A stretch of 64,000 nt of DNA from sequence record EF437941. One strand, given 5' to 3'. The translations under genes were made by a program, and so were the position numbers. Origin of the DNA: Escherichia phage Phi1. Below are positions 27,467 through 36,607 of this stretch, in pieces; position 1 is the stretch's first letter, and every line of letters begins with the position of its first letter. The notes beneath the pieces are model-generated. The model ran no database searches, was not told the DNA's origin, and was given only the letters and a program-made list of their open reading frames with translations.

Positions 27467-28344
27467 TAAAAGTCTCCGTAGTTAACCTGAAAACATTCTA
27501 CACCAATTGAGCGGTACATGTCAACCACTTGATCACGGTCATCTACTGCCAAAACAACATGATAACGCGGTGCAATTTCAGAGAAGAAAATCTCTTTCTT
27601 CACTTCATGATCAGGACGACGATCATTAGTTTCACGTTGAAAGTGATCACTAGGTTCAATACCCTGTTCACGCAACCATTGCAGAGTATCTTCTTCGCAA
27701 ACATCCTCACGTCCTGAGCATGTAATGATACGATAACCATTATCACGATACAGTTTAAGCATTTCGATCACTTGCGGACGCGGTTTATCTTCTTTGACCT
27801 TTGTCCAGTCAAACGGATGACGACCGCCCTTATCCGCTAATGTCCCATCAATATCAAAGATCACTGCCTTTGGCAGCATGGTATTCGGTTTGTATACTTC
27901 TTGACCCATATATTCCTGCATCAGATAAAATTGGTTGCGCAAATGAGAAAGTGGAATTGCTTTCTCTCCGCGATAGAAATTACGTTTCTTTAGTGTCTCA
28001 AATGATTCATTGAACACTTGTTCAGTATACACCGCGTTAAATTCTTTTGCAAGTTCTTTGTAGAATACACGATGTTTTTCTTTCAGGTTAGTATCAGAGA
28101 TAATGATACTTAATCCGCGTGATAGAGTCTCACGAGCAATCATTCTCTGAATAGTCTCTACCAGCTTTTCTTTTTCCTTAGTATACTTGTATTTCAAATG
28201 TGAGTCAACACCAAACAACATAAGACGAAGGTCATCACGATTCACATTACGATAATTACTAAACCGTTTACATGTCTCCATAGCCCATGTAGTTTTACCG
28301 GACCCAGAACAACCAACGGTTAAAATCACTTCACATTTCGGCAT
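27466..28344 (-). CDS. pseT: Polynucleotide kinase / 3-phosphatase
   Basis: N-terminal P-loop kinase (GCSGSGKTTWA) and C-terminal HAD phosphatase motif (VIFDIDGTL); start placed at the internal Met. Confidence 0.85.
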   Translation of the reverse strand: MPKCEVILTVGCSGSGKTTWAMETCKRFSNYRNVNRDDLRLMLFGVDSHLKYKYTKEKEKLVETIQRMIARETLSRGLSIIISDTNLKEKHRVFYKELAKEFNAVYTEQVFNESFETLKKRNFYRGEKAIPLSHLRNQFYLMQEYMGQEVYKPNTMLPKAVIFDIDGTLADKGGRHPFDWTKVKEDKPRPQVIEMLKLYRDNGYRIITCSGREDVCEEDTLQWLREQGIEPSDHFQRETNDRRPDHEVKKEIFFSEIAPRYHVVLAVDDRDQVVDMYRSIGVECFQVNYGDF

Positions 28345-28796
28345 TATTTCTCCTTCGGTTTGCACCGTTCCTCATTAAGTTCTTTTCGATAATAACACAT
28401 GATCAACTTACTTTCAAGTGTATATCTCTTAATATCCGCAAGCCAGACTCTGAATTTTTGGGAGTCCTCCCACGACATAGAAACTCTAGGTTTACCGTCT
28501 ATTGTATCCACTTTCAGGTCAATGTCAACTTTTTCTATTGGTGCTGGTAGTGGAGGATGTAATTTCGGTTCCTGTGAATAATGGTCCATTGTACACGAAG
28601 AAAGCGCAAATACAATAGGCACAGCGAAGACATGGATTATGGCGGTCTGAAAATTCTTATGTGCTTTCTTAAACATCCAGTGTATCACGAAAATTGAAAA
28701 CACCATCAGGATAATAATGCTTGCACCTATCCACAGATAATCAACCAGATTAAAATTGCTTATCTGCTCTTGTGTAGGCAATATTTCTATGCTCAT
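28344..28796 (-). CDS. Putative membrane protein
   Basis: Two predicted transmembrane helices; occupies the T4 alc region but is not called Alc. Confidence 0.45.
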   Translation of the reverse strand: MSIEILPTQEQISNFNLVDYLWIGASIIILMVFSIFVIHWMFKKAHKNFQTAIIHVFAVPIVFALSSCTMDHYSQEPKLHPPLPAPIEKVDIDLKVDTIDGKPRVSMSWEDSQKFRVWLADIKRYTLESKLIMCYYRKELNEERCKPKEK

Positions 28797-29167
28797 TTAG
28801 TAGCCTCCTTTAATTCTTCGGTAAACTCCTTAAATGAATCATTAAGCTGTTTCTCTACCAACTTGGGTTTTTGTGCTACTACGTAGCCTCGTGTAGCGTC
28901 TTTCATTGCTTTGTTTTGTTCTTCTGTAAACTTAGTTCTTATTCCGTACATCTCCTTTTGTAGTGAGTCTACGACCTTCATCTTTTCATCGGTCTTTTTC
29001 TTATACTCTGTAAATTCCTGATTCAGTCGATCTACCTCCTTTTTATTTTCCCACCACATATTGCCACCTACCCCCAGCAACGCAGATATGATAACAATGT
29101 ATATCAGCTTTGACATATTACCCCCAACGACAAAAGGCGGGGAACTAGCCCCGCTTATTATTACCAA
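28793..29167 (-). CDS. Putative membrane-anchored coiled-coil protein
   Basis: N-terminal hydrophobic helix followed by a charged coiled-coil region. Confidence 0.45.
   Translation of the reverse strand: MVIISGASSPPFVVGGNMSKLIYIVIISALLGVGGNMWWENKKEVDRLNQEFTEYKKKTDEKMKVVDSLQKEMYGIRTKFTEEQNKAMKDATRGYVVAQKPKLVEKQLNDSFKEFTEELKEATK
29130..29154 (-). terminator. Possible weak terminator after rnlA
   Basis: GCGGGGCTAGTTCCCCGC hairpin followed by CUUUUGU on the minus strand. Confidence 0.35.
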
Positions 29168-30330
29168 TCAATCTTATCAGCCGGAATCAGTTTCTTATAA
29201 TTCCGTAGATAGTAAGTTTTCATTGAATCCAGAATACGGTCATAATCAAGACCATCAAATGCAATCATCAGACACATGAAAATATATGCTTGTGCATCAC
29301 CATGTTTACGCGATTCGATAGTCGCATTGGACGCATATGTCTTTCTGTCTTCTCCCGCGTGTGCGTTATAAAATTCTGTTGCTGTCGTAAAGGCATTGCG
29401 AAGAATAGACCTGAATGCTTCCTCGAATAGCTCGATTCGTTCCAGTGCTTCCGGTTCTCCTTCATATGCAGCACGCAAATCATCGGTTTCGCTTTCTACG
29501 ACATAGTAGATCAGGTTATTAGGAAACATCGATGTGTTTTTAATGTTATGCACACCAATATACCATTCACTCTTCACCTTGAACATTTGACCGTCTTTAG
29601 TGCGTGCAACAATTCCTTCGATACCTTCTGCGGTCCGAACTTCATCAAGAATATTGCTAAAACGCGCTGAATCAACCTGTAACGCATTTACCAGATGAGG
29701 ACGTAGGATTGAATCGGCGAATAGCATTTGATGCGGCACATACTCTCCTGTGACGTTATGGCGTACATTCAGAAGTGTTAGCGACGGTTCAGAATATTCT
29801 ACAACAATTCGGTTGCTGGGTGCTGTATATTCAAAGTTGAAAGTATAATCAGACCCAATATCAGCAATCTTAGCGCGTAGATCCGCATACTTCTCTGAAT
29901 ACAGAAGACCGTTTGCTCTCTCTGCCTGGCTTGAGTACAAGGCCGCTTTAGACTTCAACTGAACATAGCCGTTATCAATGTATGTGCTTACTAGACTACC
30001 GTCCATTTTGTCCATGACCATTTCCACATCTTCCGGCTTAAAGCGAGCGCGATCATTCTCACCCAAATTAAAAAACTTCTCCATAGGACGAGATGCAATG
30101 CGGACAGGTCGGTCTTTATCATCGATTTCAAACATGATCCCGCGACACTCTAACGCATCTGGTTTATTCCACATTTCCGGTTTGCTCAAGTACAGATAAC
30201 TAAAAATGCGCATACGGGTTTGCATCGCCGTAATTTCATCTTTGTAATAGAACGTATCAGATCCGTCACATAGTGCCATCAGATTTTTGAACAATGCTAA
30301 AACTTTTTTGTTGTTTTCTTTTGTTGACAT
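29161..30330 (-). CDS. rnlA: RNA ligase 1
   Basis: Similarity to T4 Rnl1, including the KxDG nucleotidyltransferase motif (MDKMDGSL). Confidence 0.8.
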   Translation of the reverse strand: MSTKENNKKVLALFKNLMALCDGSDTFYYKDEITAMQTRMRIFSYLYLSKPEMWNKPDALECRGIMFEIDDKDRPVRIASRPMEKFFNLGENDRARFKPEDVEMVMDKMDGSLVSTYIDNGYVQLKSKAALYSSQAERANGLLYSEKYADLRAKIADIGSDYTFNFEYTAPSNRIVVEYSEPSLTLLNVRHNVTGEYVPHQMLFADSILRPHLVNALQVDSARFSNILDEVRTAEGIEGIVARTKDGQMFKVKSEWYIGVHNIKNTSMFPNNLIYYVVESETDDLRAAYEGEPEALERIELFEEAFRSILRNAFTTATEFYNAHAGEDRKTYASNATIESRKHGDAQAYIFMCLMIAFDGLDYDRILDSMKTYYLRNYKKLIPADKIDW

Positions 30331-30727
30331 AATTTGTGTTCCATTCTGGTTTAAATTTGGTGATCAAAACAGGTTCTTCGATATCGGCAGTGCTTATAAT
30401 ATCCTTACCCGTTGGATTCTCAATATATAACTCAAAGCACTGGCGGTAATAGAATGTTACTGTCTTACCTTCCTCTAGCGCCTTATGAATATTCTTACTC
30501 TTGCGAGTATCCGCTGTTGGTGTTTGTCTGTTAATGCTAGTCCGGTAATAATTGATCCGCTTTCTGAGATTGACAGTCTGTCCAATATATACCAGTTCAT
30601 CATCAACCACAATAGCATAAAGAACATTTAAACGGTTCTTCTGAGGCGGTAGAATCACATCACCATCTTTACACTCTAAACATGAATATTTAACGAATCC
30701 ATAGTTTTCTATTAGCTCATTAATCAT
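30266..30727 (-). CDS. denA: Endonuclease II (GIY-YIG)
   Basis: VLYAIVVDDELVYIGQTVNLRKRINYYRT closely matches T4 DenA. Confidence 0.85.
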   Translation of the reverse strand: MINELIENYGFVKYSCLECKDGDVILPPQKNRLNVLYAIVVDDELVYIGQTVNLRKRINYYRTSINRQTPTADTRKSKNIHKALEEGKTVTFYYRQCFELYIENPTGKDIISTADIEEPVLITKFKPEWNTNYVNKRKQQKSFSIVQKSDGTM

Positions 30728-30777
30728 TATCCTTTCCTCACGTCACAACAAAGGCGGGATTTCTCCCGCCCACCTTA

Positions 30778-31176
30778 TTAACTTTCCAGAATATCGCGAG
30801 CTTCGTTACGCTCCTTGATGATTTTCAGGACAAATTCCAGTTTTTCTTTGTTCAGTGTTCCATTTTCCATCGCTTCTTTGACGGTAAACACCCCGCCACC
30901 TTGCCCGTATACAGTGACAGTGATTTCACCTAACATCGTGGTATGAAAACCGCCAATTTTCGGTGATTCGAAAGAAACAATTACCTCGCGGACAGTATTA
31001 CCGTCGTTGATTTCTGAGAGGGTAATGTCGTTTTTGTAGGCGGTTGCTTTAACCATACGGATCAGCATAGTCTGATCTGGGGAGATGGTCATTTTGTCCA
31101 TTGCATGTTGCAATGCAGCGTAACCGAAAACTTTAACGAAGTCCAGAACGTCTTTGCGAGTTTGAAATTTAATCAT
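30778..31176 (-). CDS. Hypothetical protein
   Basis: 132 aa with RBS and own early promoter cassette. Confidence 0.5.
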   Translation of the reverse strand: MIKFQTRKDVLDFVKVFGYAALQHAMDKMTISPDQTMLIRMVKATAYKNDITLSEINDGNTVREVIVSFESPKIGGFHTTMLGEITVTVYGQGGGVFTVKEAMENGTLNKEKLEFVLKIIKERNEARDILES

Positions 31177-31209
31177 CTTGATACTCCTTAGTTGTTTTGG
31201 TATGGGAGT

Positions 31210-31239
31210 ATCTTACTACTCCCGTGATATGCTGTCAAC
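31210..31239 (-). promoter_or_regulatory. Early promoter cassette (TTGACA-N17-TAAGAT)
   Basis: Conserved cassette architecture. Confidence 0.45.
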
Positions 31240-31246
31240 TGCTTTT

Positions 31247-31396
31247 TTATGCAACCGCAAACATCAACATTTGAACATTCTTGGCTGTCTGGCTTTCAAA
31301 GTTCTGACATTCTTTGATAATGTCCTCTACTTTCTCGCCGGAGATCTCCGCGTAAGTTTCGATTGCCATTTTCAGTACCGCGTCAAAGTTGTTCAT
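31247..31396 (-). CDS. Small hypothetical protein (49 aa)
   Basis: ORF below the track cutoff (MNNFDAVLKM...), read by hand, with RBS. Confidence 0.35.
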   Translation of the reverse strand: MNNFDAVLKMAIETYAEISGEKVEDIIKECQNFESQTAKNVQMLMFAVA

Positions 31397-31434
31397 TTGA
31401 TTCTCCTTAAAGTGTATTTCGTTTCGATGGGGGT

Positions 31435-31464
31435 ATATTAATACCCCCGTTATTCAGTGTCAAC
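31435..31464 (-). promoter_or_regulatory. Early promoter cassette (TTGACA-N17-TAATAT)
   Basis: Conserved cassette with the palindrome GGGGGTATTAATATACCCCC. Confidence 0.45.
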
Positions 31465-31682
31465 TACTTTTTAATGACAAGTTCGAATTTTGCTACCTTG
31501 CGTCCGCGTTTATTGAAAGCAACCCACGGACGGTTTTCAATGTAGAACAATTCTTCGCCAATAATGAATACTGGCTGATTGTAAAGTCGACCCATCAGGT
31601 CACGTTGACGAATAGTAGTAGATTCGTATACTTCGCCCACTACAAAGTGTTTGTTGATAGAGTCGGTGCAAATAAATTTCAT
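31464..31682 (-). CDS. Small hypothetical protein
   Basis: 72 aa with RBS and own promoter cassette. Confidence 0.45.
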   Translation of the reverse strand: MKFICTDSINKHFVVGEVYESTTIRQRDLMGRLYNQPVFIIGEELFYIENRPWVAFNKRGRKVAKFELVIKK

Positions 31683-31715
31683 TTTGATTCTCCTTTGTTT
31701 CGTTTCGATGGGAGT

Positions 31716-31745
31716 ATCTTACTACCCCCTTTATTCAGTGTCAAC
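31716..31745 (-). promoter_or_regulatory. Early promoter cassette (TTGACA-N17-TAAGAT)
   Basis: Conserved cassette architecture. Confidence 0.45.
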
Positions 31746-31750
31746 TACTT

Positions 31751-31969
31751 TTACTTGTTATATTCATTCCACCATTGGGTGAGCTTATCAATTATTTTTG
31801 TGTTTCTATCCAACTTCTCCCACCGTTTTCGAGGGTTTATCAACCGGAATAGGTAAGGTGTACTTGTTAAACTAACTCGGTCAAAGTAATATTTGATCAG
31901 TTGACATTCAATGATGAGTTTCATCTTTTTACGATGAAAATATGCAATGACTTGTTCTTCTGTTTCCAT
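31751..31969 (-). CDS. Small hypothetical protein
   Basis: 72 aa with RBS and own promoter cassette. Confidence 0.45.
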   Translation of the reverse strand: METEEQVIAYFHRKKMKLIIECQLIKYYFDRVSLTSTPYLFRLINPRKRWEKLDRNTKIIDKLTQWWNEYNK

Positions 31970-31991
31970 ATGTTCCTCCGTTTCGGATGTG

Positions 31992-32021
31992 TATTATGCT
32001 ATGGCAAGATCCGATTGTCAA
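31992..32021 (-). promoter_or_regulatory. Early promoter cassette (TTGACA-N17-CATAAT)
   Basis: Conserved cassette architecture. Confidence 0.55.
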
Positions 32022-32069
32022 CACCCAACAACAAAAAAAGTCGCCACTATGGGCGACTTTGAACAAACA

Positions 32070-32546
32070 TTAATCATGACCGTGATTTGCAATATCCGCT
32101 CGCGTCTTATCTTTGTGATTTCCTACGTCAAAGACACGATAACCATTTTCACGCAAAACTTTAATCACTTCTGGGTTATCCTCAAAGACTCCGACAACTT
32201 CATCTTTATCAAAGGATTTAATTACCTCTAATTTGATGTGATAGTCTTTACGAGAATCGGTACGGCCTCTCATAAAGATTTTATCAAAACACACTCCGTT
32301 AGAAATTAACCAATCAATTGTTTCCATGTAAGCATGTGAACTTCGTCCGGTGAGGATGTAAATCAAATGCCCGTTGTCGGAAAGAGCATTAATAACACGA
32401 ATTACATCGTAAATGGGGGAATCTCCCCCACATGCCTTGTTATATTCGATCCATGACTCGACTTTATCAAGATTTTCGGTTGGCATCTTTGCTAGTCGAT
32501 GTGTTGGATCTGTGATCGTAAAATCTAAATCGACAAAATATATCAT
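32070..32546 (-). CDS. HAD-superfamily phosphatase-like protein
   Basis: N-terminal DxDxT motif (VDLDFTIT) and ILTGR block typical of HAD hydrolases. Confidence 0.5.
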   Translation of the reverse strand: MIYFVDLDFTITDPTHRLAKMPTENLDKVESWIEYNKACGGDSPIYDVIRVINALSDNGHLIYILTGRSSHAYMETIDWLISNGVCFDKIFMRGRTDSRKDYHIKLEVIKSFDKDEVVGVFEDNPEVIKVLRENGYRVFDVGNHKDKTRADIANHGHD

Positions 32547-33703
32547 AGATATTTCCCGAATCGGTTGTAGTCATCGTCTGTTAAATCGGTATTAACCTGA
32601 GATACCAGATACATGATCTCGACTTCTTGCGCTGCATTCTGTACTTCGTCAGAGTTCAACCATTTACGCATCCACGGTAACGGATGACGACGAACACTAA
32701 ACGGGCTTTTCAGTCCGGCAGCACGCATACGGGAATCTGCCAGGTATTCTACATAGGTTTTCAGAATTTCCGGTGACAGGTTAGGAATTGCCCCCATTGC
32801 GAATAGGTGGTCTACCCATTCTTTTTCTTGCTCGACAACATCCAGAAAGATTTTCGTTGCTTCGCCTTCAAGTTCTTCCGCAATCTGTTTCCACTCATCA
32901 CCATCAGCCCCCGTTTGCCATTGACGAATAATGTATTGTGTGCCTTTTAAGTGAAGTTGTTCATCACGAGCAATAAATTTCATGATCTTCGCGTTACCTT
33001 CCAGTAAGCCACGTTCGGCAAAGCTGAAAGTACATGCAAAGGACACATAAAAACGGATTGCTTCCAGTGCATTAACGCAGTGTGCACACAGATAAATCGA
33101 AGCCATCAGATCTCGTTTTGTATCTTCAAAAAATCTTCTTGCATCATCTAATGCTGTATGATCGTCTCGTTCTTCCCAATAGCGGAGATCTTCTTTTGCA
33201 TTCTCATACTTACGAATCCAATAAAGAACATCATCATAATATTGCCCGATAGATTCCGCTCGCTTCATGATAGCGGGGTTATCGATGATCTGGTCGAACT
33301 CACTAGCCGGATCAATGAAACAGTTACGCATAATGTGTGTATAGCTTCGGCTATGAATCGTTTCGCTGAATGTCCATGTTTGCAACCATGTATCGAGAGT
33401 TGGATCAGATACAATTGGACCAAATGCTGCGGACGGTGCGCGACCTTGAATAGAATCAAGTAATGTCTGATACTTCAAATTTTCGGTAAAGAAACGCTTT
33501 TCAACGTCACCCATATTAAGATATTGAATGCGGTCGGTTGCAAGTGAAATTTCTTCGGGGCGCCAAAAAAATGACAATTGCTTTTCGATCAGTTCTTCAA
33601 ATACTTGATGACGCTGAATATCATAGCGAGCGATACCCAACCCACTACCCAGAAACATTGGTTCGTTCATAATATCAACATGTTCGCGGTTAAATACGCT
33701 CAT
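32543..33703 (-). CDS. nrdB: Ribonucleotide reductase small subunit
   Basis: 386 aa with a di-iron ferritin-like R2 profile; single uninterrupted ORF. Confidence 0.9.
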   Translation of the reverse strand: MSVFNREHVDIMNEPMFLGSGLGIARYDIQRHQVFEELIEKQLSFFWRPEEISLATDRIQYLNMGDVEKRFFTENLKYQTLLDSIQGRAPSAAFGPIVSDPTLDTWLQTWTFSETIHSRSYTHIMRNCFIDPASEFDQIIDNPAIMKRAESIGQYYDDVLYWIRKYENAKEDLRYWEERDDHTALDDARRFFEDTKRDLMASIYLCAHCVNALEAIRFYVSFACTFSFAERGLLEGNAKIMKFIARDEQLHLKGTQYIIRQWQTGADGDEWKQIAEELEGEATKIFLDVVEQEKEWVDHLFAMGAIPNLSPEILKTYVEYLADSRMRAAGLKSPFSVRRHPLPWMRKWLNSDEVQNAAQEVEIMYLVSQVNTDLTDDDYNRFGKYL

Positions 33704-33718
33704 TAATTCACCTCACTA

Positions 33719-33886
33719 TCACTTTTTAACACAAAAGAACTTAGTATTTCTGTTAACTTCGCTATCCCGTTGCAATTCCTGCATGGCTTCAAAACAATTT
33801 TGATGTGATGAAAACTCTACGCTGGTAACAGTTCCTTTATTATATGATCCTACGCTAACGGAAAGCAATAACCATAATGTAGCCAT
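33719..33886 (-). CDS. Small hydrophobic-N-terminus protein (55 aa)
   Basis: MATLWLLLSVSVGSYNKG...; ORF read by hand, overlaps the next gene in a TAATG junction. Confidence 0.35.
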   Translation of the reverse strand: MATLWLLLSVSVGSYNKGTVTSVEFSSHQNCFEAMQELQRDSEVNRNTKFFCVKK

Positions 33887-34059
33887 TAGTTCACCTTTTG
33901 TTTTTCAACGCAATATAGATTCATAAAGCGTTTATTGTCTTCGCGGATAATCTCGCGAGCTTTAACGCAATCCTGCTTTGTTGCAAACTCAATGCTTGAC
34001 ATATTTCCGTAATTATACATTGAATTGCTTATTGCAATCAATAACCATACAGTAGCCAT
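33886..34059 (-). CDS. Small hydrophobic-N-terminus protein (57 aa), paralog of 33719..33886
   Basis: MATVWLLIAISNSMYNYG...; ORF read by hand, tandem paralog. Confidence 0.35.
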   Translation of the reverse strand: MATVWLLIAISNSMYNYGNMSSIEFATKQDCVKAREIIREDNKRFMNLYCVEKQKVN

Positions 34060-34226
34060 TATTCGACAACCTCAAAACATTTATCACCAGGAAGAATAGC
34101 CCATTCTATGCCGTATTCATCCTCAACGTAGTAGCAAGCCCCATCATGTCGAGCATCATATACATCACCGACAACAAAGCTATCAGCTAGTTCAAAATCT
34201 ACAGCAACACATTTTAATTTGGTCAT
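34059..34226 (-). CDS. Small hypothetical protein
   Basis: Start placed at the internal Met (MTKLKCVAVD...) with GAGGA RBS, downstream of a promoter cassette. Confidence 0.4.
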   Translation of the reverse strand: MTKLKCVAVDFELADSFVVGDVYDARHDGACYYVEDEYGIEWAILPGDKCFEVVE

Positions 34227-34257
34227 AATAAAATCCTCACTTGTTTTTGATGGTTGT

Positions 34258-34287
34258 ATTATAGCGGGGATTTCTCCCCGCGTCAAC
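34258..34287 (-). promoter_or_regulatory. Early promoter cassette (TTGACG-N17-TATAAT)
   Basis: Spacer palindrome GCGGGGAGAAATCCCCGC; immediately after the nrdA stop. Confidence 0.5.
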
Positions 34288-34294
34288 ACTTATT

Positions 34295-36538
34295 TTACAG
34301 CTTGCAAGATGAGCACTCGCTAGAGTCTTCCGTACCATCTGCACCGTCGCGAACGTTCGCATAATACAGGGTTTTCAGACCGTAATATTGAGCAAACAAC
34401 ATATCATCTAACACATCAGCAATATCGACTTTACCAGTCTTATAAGTGCTTGGATCGTAGGATGTATTGGAACTAATCGCCTGATCCACAAACTTCTGCA
34501 TGATCGCTGCCAGTGTCAGATAAGGCTTGTTACCTTTCTTGATCAGTGTCCAAAGCAGGTCAATAACATCAGCATTATTCTCTACGTTCGGAATAACCTG
34601 ATTAAATTGCCCTTCTTTCGATCCTTTAACCGATACAATCCCGCGAGGCGGTTCAATACCGTTTGTGCTGTTAGATACCTGAGAAGACGACTCACAAGGC
34701 ATCAGAGCCGAAAGCGTACTATTACGAATGCCATATTTTTTCAGGTCTTCGCGCAGTTCTTCCCAATCCATCTCATACACCGGATCAACCAGTTCATCTA
34801 CTGTCTTTTTGTACCAGTCGATAGGAAGTTCACCGCGACCATAGCGTGTTTCGTGCATCAGTTCGCAAGCACCCTTCTCTTTAGCCAGTCGCACACTAGC
34901 TTTAATCAGAGCATATTGCAAGCGTTCAAACGTTTTATGCGTAAACTCGTTAGCGTCTTCATATGTGAAGAAATTATCTGCTAGATATGATGCAAAGTTA
35001 GTTACACCAACACCCAGAGAGCGACGTTTTTTGGCTGTCAGAGCTTGTTCTACAGGATAATCCTGATAATCTAACAGGTTGTCAAGTGCACGCACCATAA
35101 CCATAGCAATGCGTTCTACTTCTTCCATATTTTCGATATCAAAGTTTCCTAAAACATATGCTGCCAAAGTGCATAGGCTGATCTCTGAATCATCACGACC
35201 CATCGGTTTTGTAGGCAGAGCAATTTCACAACACAGGTTAGATTGTTTAATTGGTGCTACATTACGAATAAACGCCCCGTGATTGTTCATGTTGTCTGTG
35301 AACGTTGGGTAGATTCGACCAGTGTTAAAACGTTCAATTGCCACCGCTAAAAACAGGTCTTCGGCTTTAACACGAGTTTTACGAACACTCGGATCTTTTT
35401 CCAGTTTTTCGTAAAGCTGACGGAAACCTTCCTCATCTCGGAAGTATAGATCCCACAACAAGCCACCTGCAACATCTGGACTAAACAGAGTAATGTAATC
35501 CCGTTTAAGGAATCGCTCTACCATCAGGTTATTAATCTGTACGCCGTAGTCAAGATGGCGAATGCGGTTATCTTCCACCCCCTTATTGTTCTTTAACACA
35601 ATCAGACTTTCAAACTCTAAATGCCACATTGGGTAATAGAGAGTCGCCGCCCCGCCACGAATACCGCCTTGTGAGCATGACTTAACGGCAGTCTGAAAAT
35701 GTTTCCAGAATGGGATAACGCCAGTATGACGAACTTCACCATGCCCGATCTTAGATCCTTCCGCGCGAATCATGCCAGCGTTGATACCGATACCAGCACG
35801 CTTGCTAATATACTTGATGATTGCATTTGCTGTTTCGTTGATGCCCTGCAATGAGTCATCACTTTCAATCACCACACACGAACTAAATTGGCGTGTTGGG
35901 GTACGCACACCTGCCATAATCGGAGTAGGCAGAGAGATTTGCTTATTCGCAACAGCATTATAAAAATCAATCACATGTTCAAGTCGATTTTCTGTCTCTT
36001 CTTGATGCAAGCACATACCGATCAGCATATACGCAAATTGCGGTGTTTCGATGATTTTCTTAGTGCTGCGATCCTGAACAAGATATTTCTCTTTTAACTG
36101 CATCGCACCAGCATAGGTCATTTTAAAATCAAGTTTATGGTCGATGAATTTCTCCAGATATTCCACTTCTTCACGGGAATACTTTTGCAGAATTTCGCGA
36201 TCATATTTTCCGGTTGCAATATTGCGCTCAATATGGCAGTAAAAATCAATCGGTTGGAATTGTCCGTATACTGATTTGCGAAGCGCGAACATTGCAAGGT
36301 TACTTGCTACATATTGATAATCTGGTGTTTCTACAGTAATGTTATCTGCTGCGACCTTAATCAATACTTTCTGGATATCATTGGTAGACATACCTTCTGT
36401 CAGAAGTGGTTCAACCATATCAAACAATTCATATGGATCAACGTTATGACCTTCGGCTGCCGCTTCCAGAATTTTCATTACTTTTTCTTTTTCAAACGGA
36501 ACAGTCAGACCGGAAGACTTAACAACATTTTTAATCAT
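34295..36538 (-). CDS. nrdA: Ribonucleotide reductase large subunit
   Basis: 747 aa class Ia RNR alpha with ATP-cone N-terminus, active-site Cys/Asn/Glu region and a C-terminal CxxC tail. Confidence 0.9.
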   Translation of the reverse strand: MIKNVVKSSGLTVPFEKEKVMKILEAAAEGHNVDPYELFDMVEPLLTEGMSTNDIQKVLIKVAADNITVETPDYQYVASNLAMFALRKSVYGQFQPIDFYCHIERNIATGKYDREILQKYSREEVEYLEKFIDHKLDFKMTYAGAMQLKEKYLVQDRSTKKIIETPQFAYMLIGMCLHQEETENRLEHVIDFYNAVANKQISLPTPIMAGVRTPTRQFSSCVVIESDDSLQGINETANAIIKYISKRAGIGINAGMIRAEGSKIGHGEVRHTGVIPFWKHFQTAVKSCSQGGIRGGAATLYYPMWHLEFESLIVLKNNKGVEDNRIRHLDYGVQINNLMVERFLKRDYITLFSPDVAGGLLWDLYFRDEEGFRQLYEKLEKDPSVRKTRVKAEDLFLAVAIERFNTGRIYPTFTDNMNNHGAFIRNVAPIKQSNLCCEIALPTKPMGRDDSEISLCTLAAYVLGNFDIENMEEVERIAMVMVRALDNLLDYQDYPVEQALTAKKRRSLGVGVTNFASYLADNFFTYEDANEFTHKTFERLQYALIKASVRLAKEKGACELMHETRYGRGELPIDWYKKTVDELVDPVYEMDWEELREDLKKYGIRNSTLSALMPCESSSQVSNSTNGIEPPRGIVSVKGSKEGQFNQVIPNVENNADVIDLLWTLIKKGNKPYLTLAAIMQKFVDQAISSNTSYDPSTYKTGKVDIADVLDDMLFAQYYGLKTLYYANVRDGADGTEDSSECSSCKL

Positions 36539-36585
36539 ATTACCTCACTTCATATTTTAGCAGGAACAAGTTTATCCTCCATATT

Positions 36586-36601
36586 GGGGGCTTTCGCCCC
36601 C
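36586..36601 (-). promoter_or_regulatory. Intercistronic GNRA-type stem-loop (GGGGGC-GAAA-GCCCCC on the mRNA)
   Basis: Perfect 6-bp GC stem with GAAA loop between td and nrdA; the same RNA hairpin recurs at 48441..48456. Confidence 0.4.
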
Positions 36602-36607
36602 TTTTGT

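Noticed and set aside
32543-33703. Group I intron with homing endonuclease in nrdB
   Set aside because: nrdB is a single uninterrupted 386-aa ORF with no internal endonuclease ORF.
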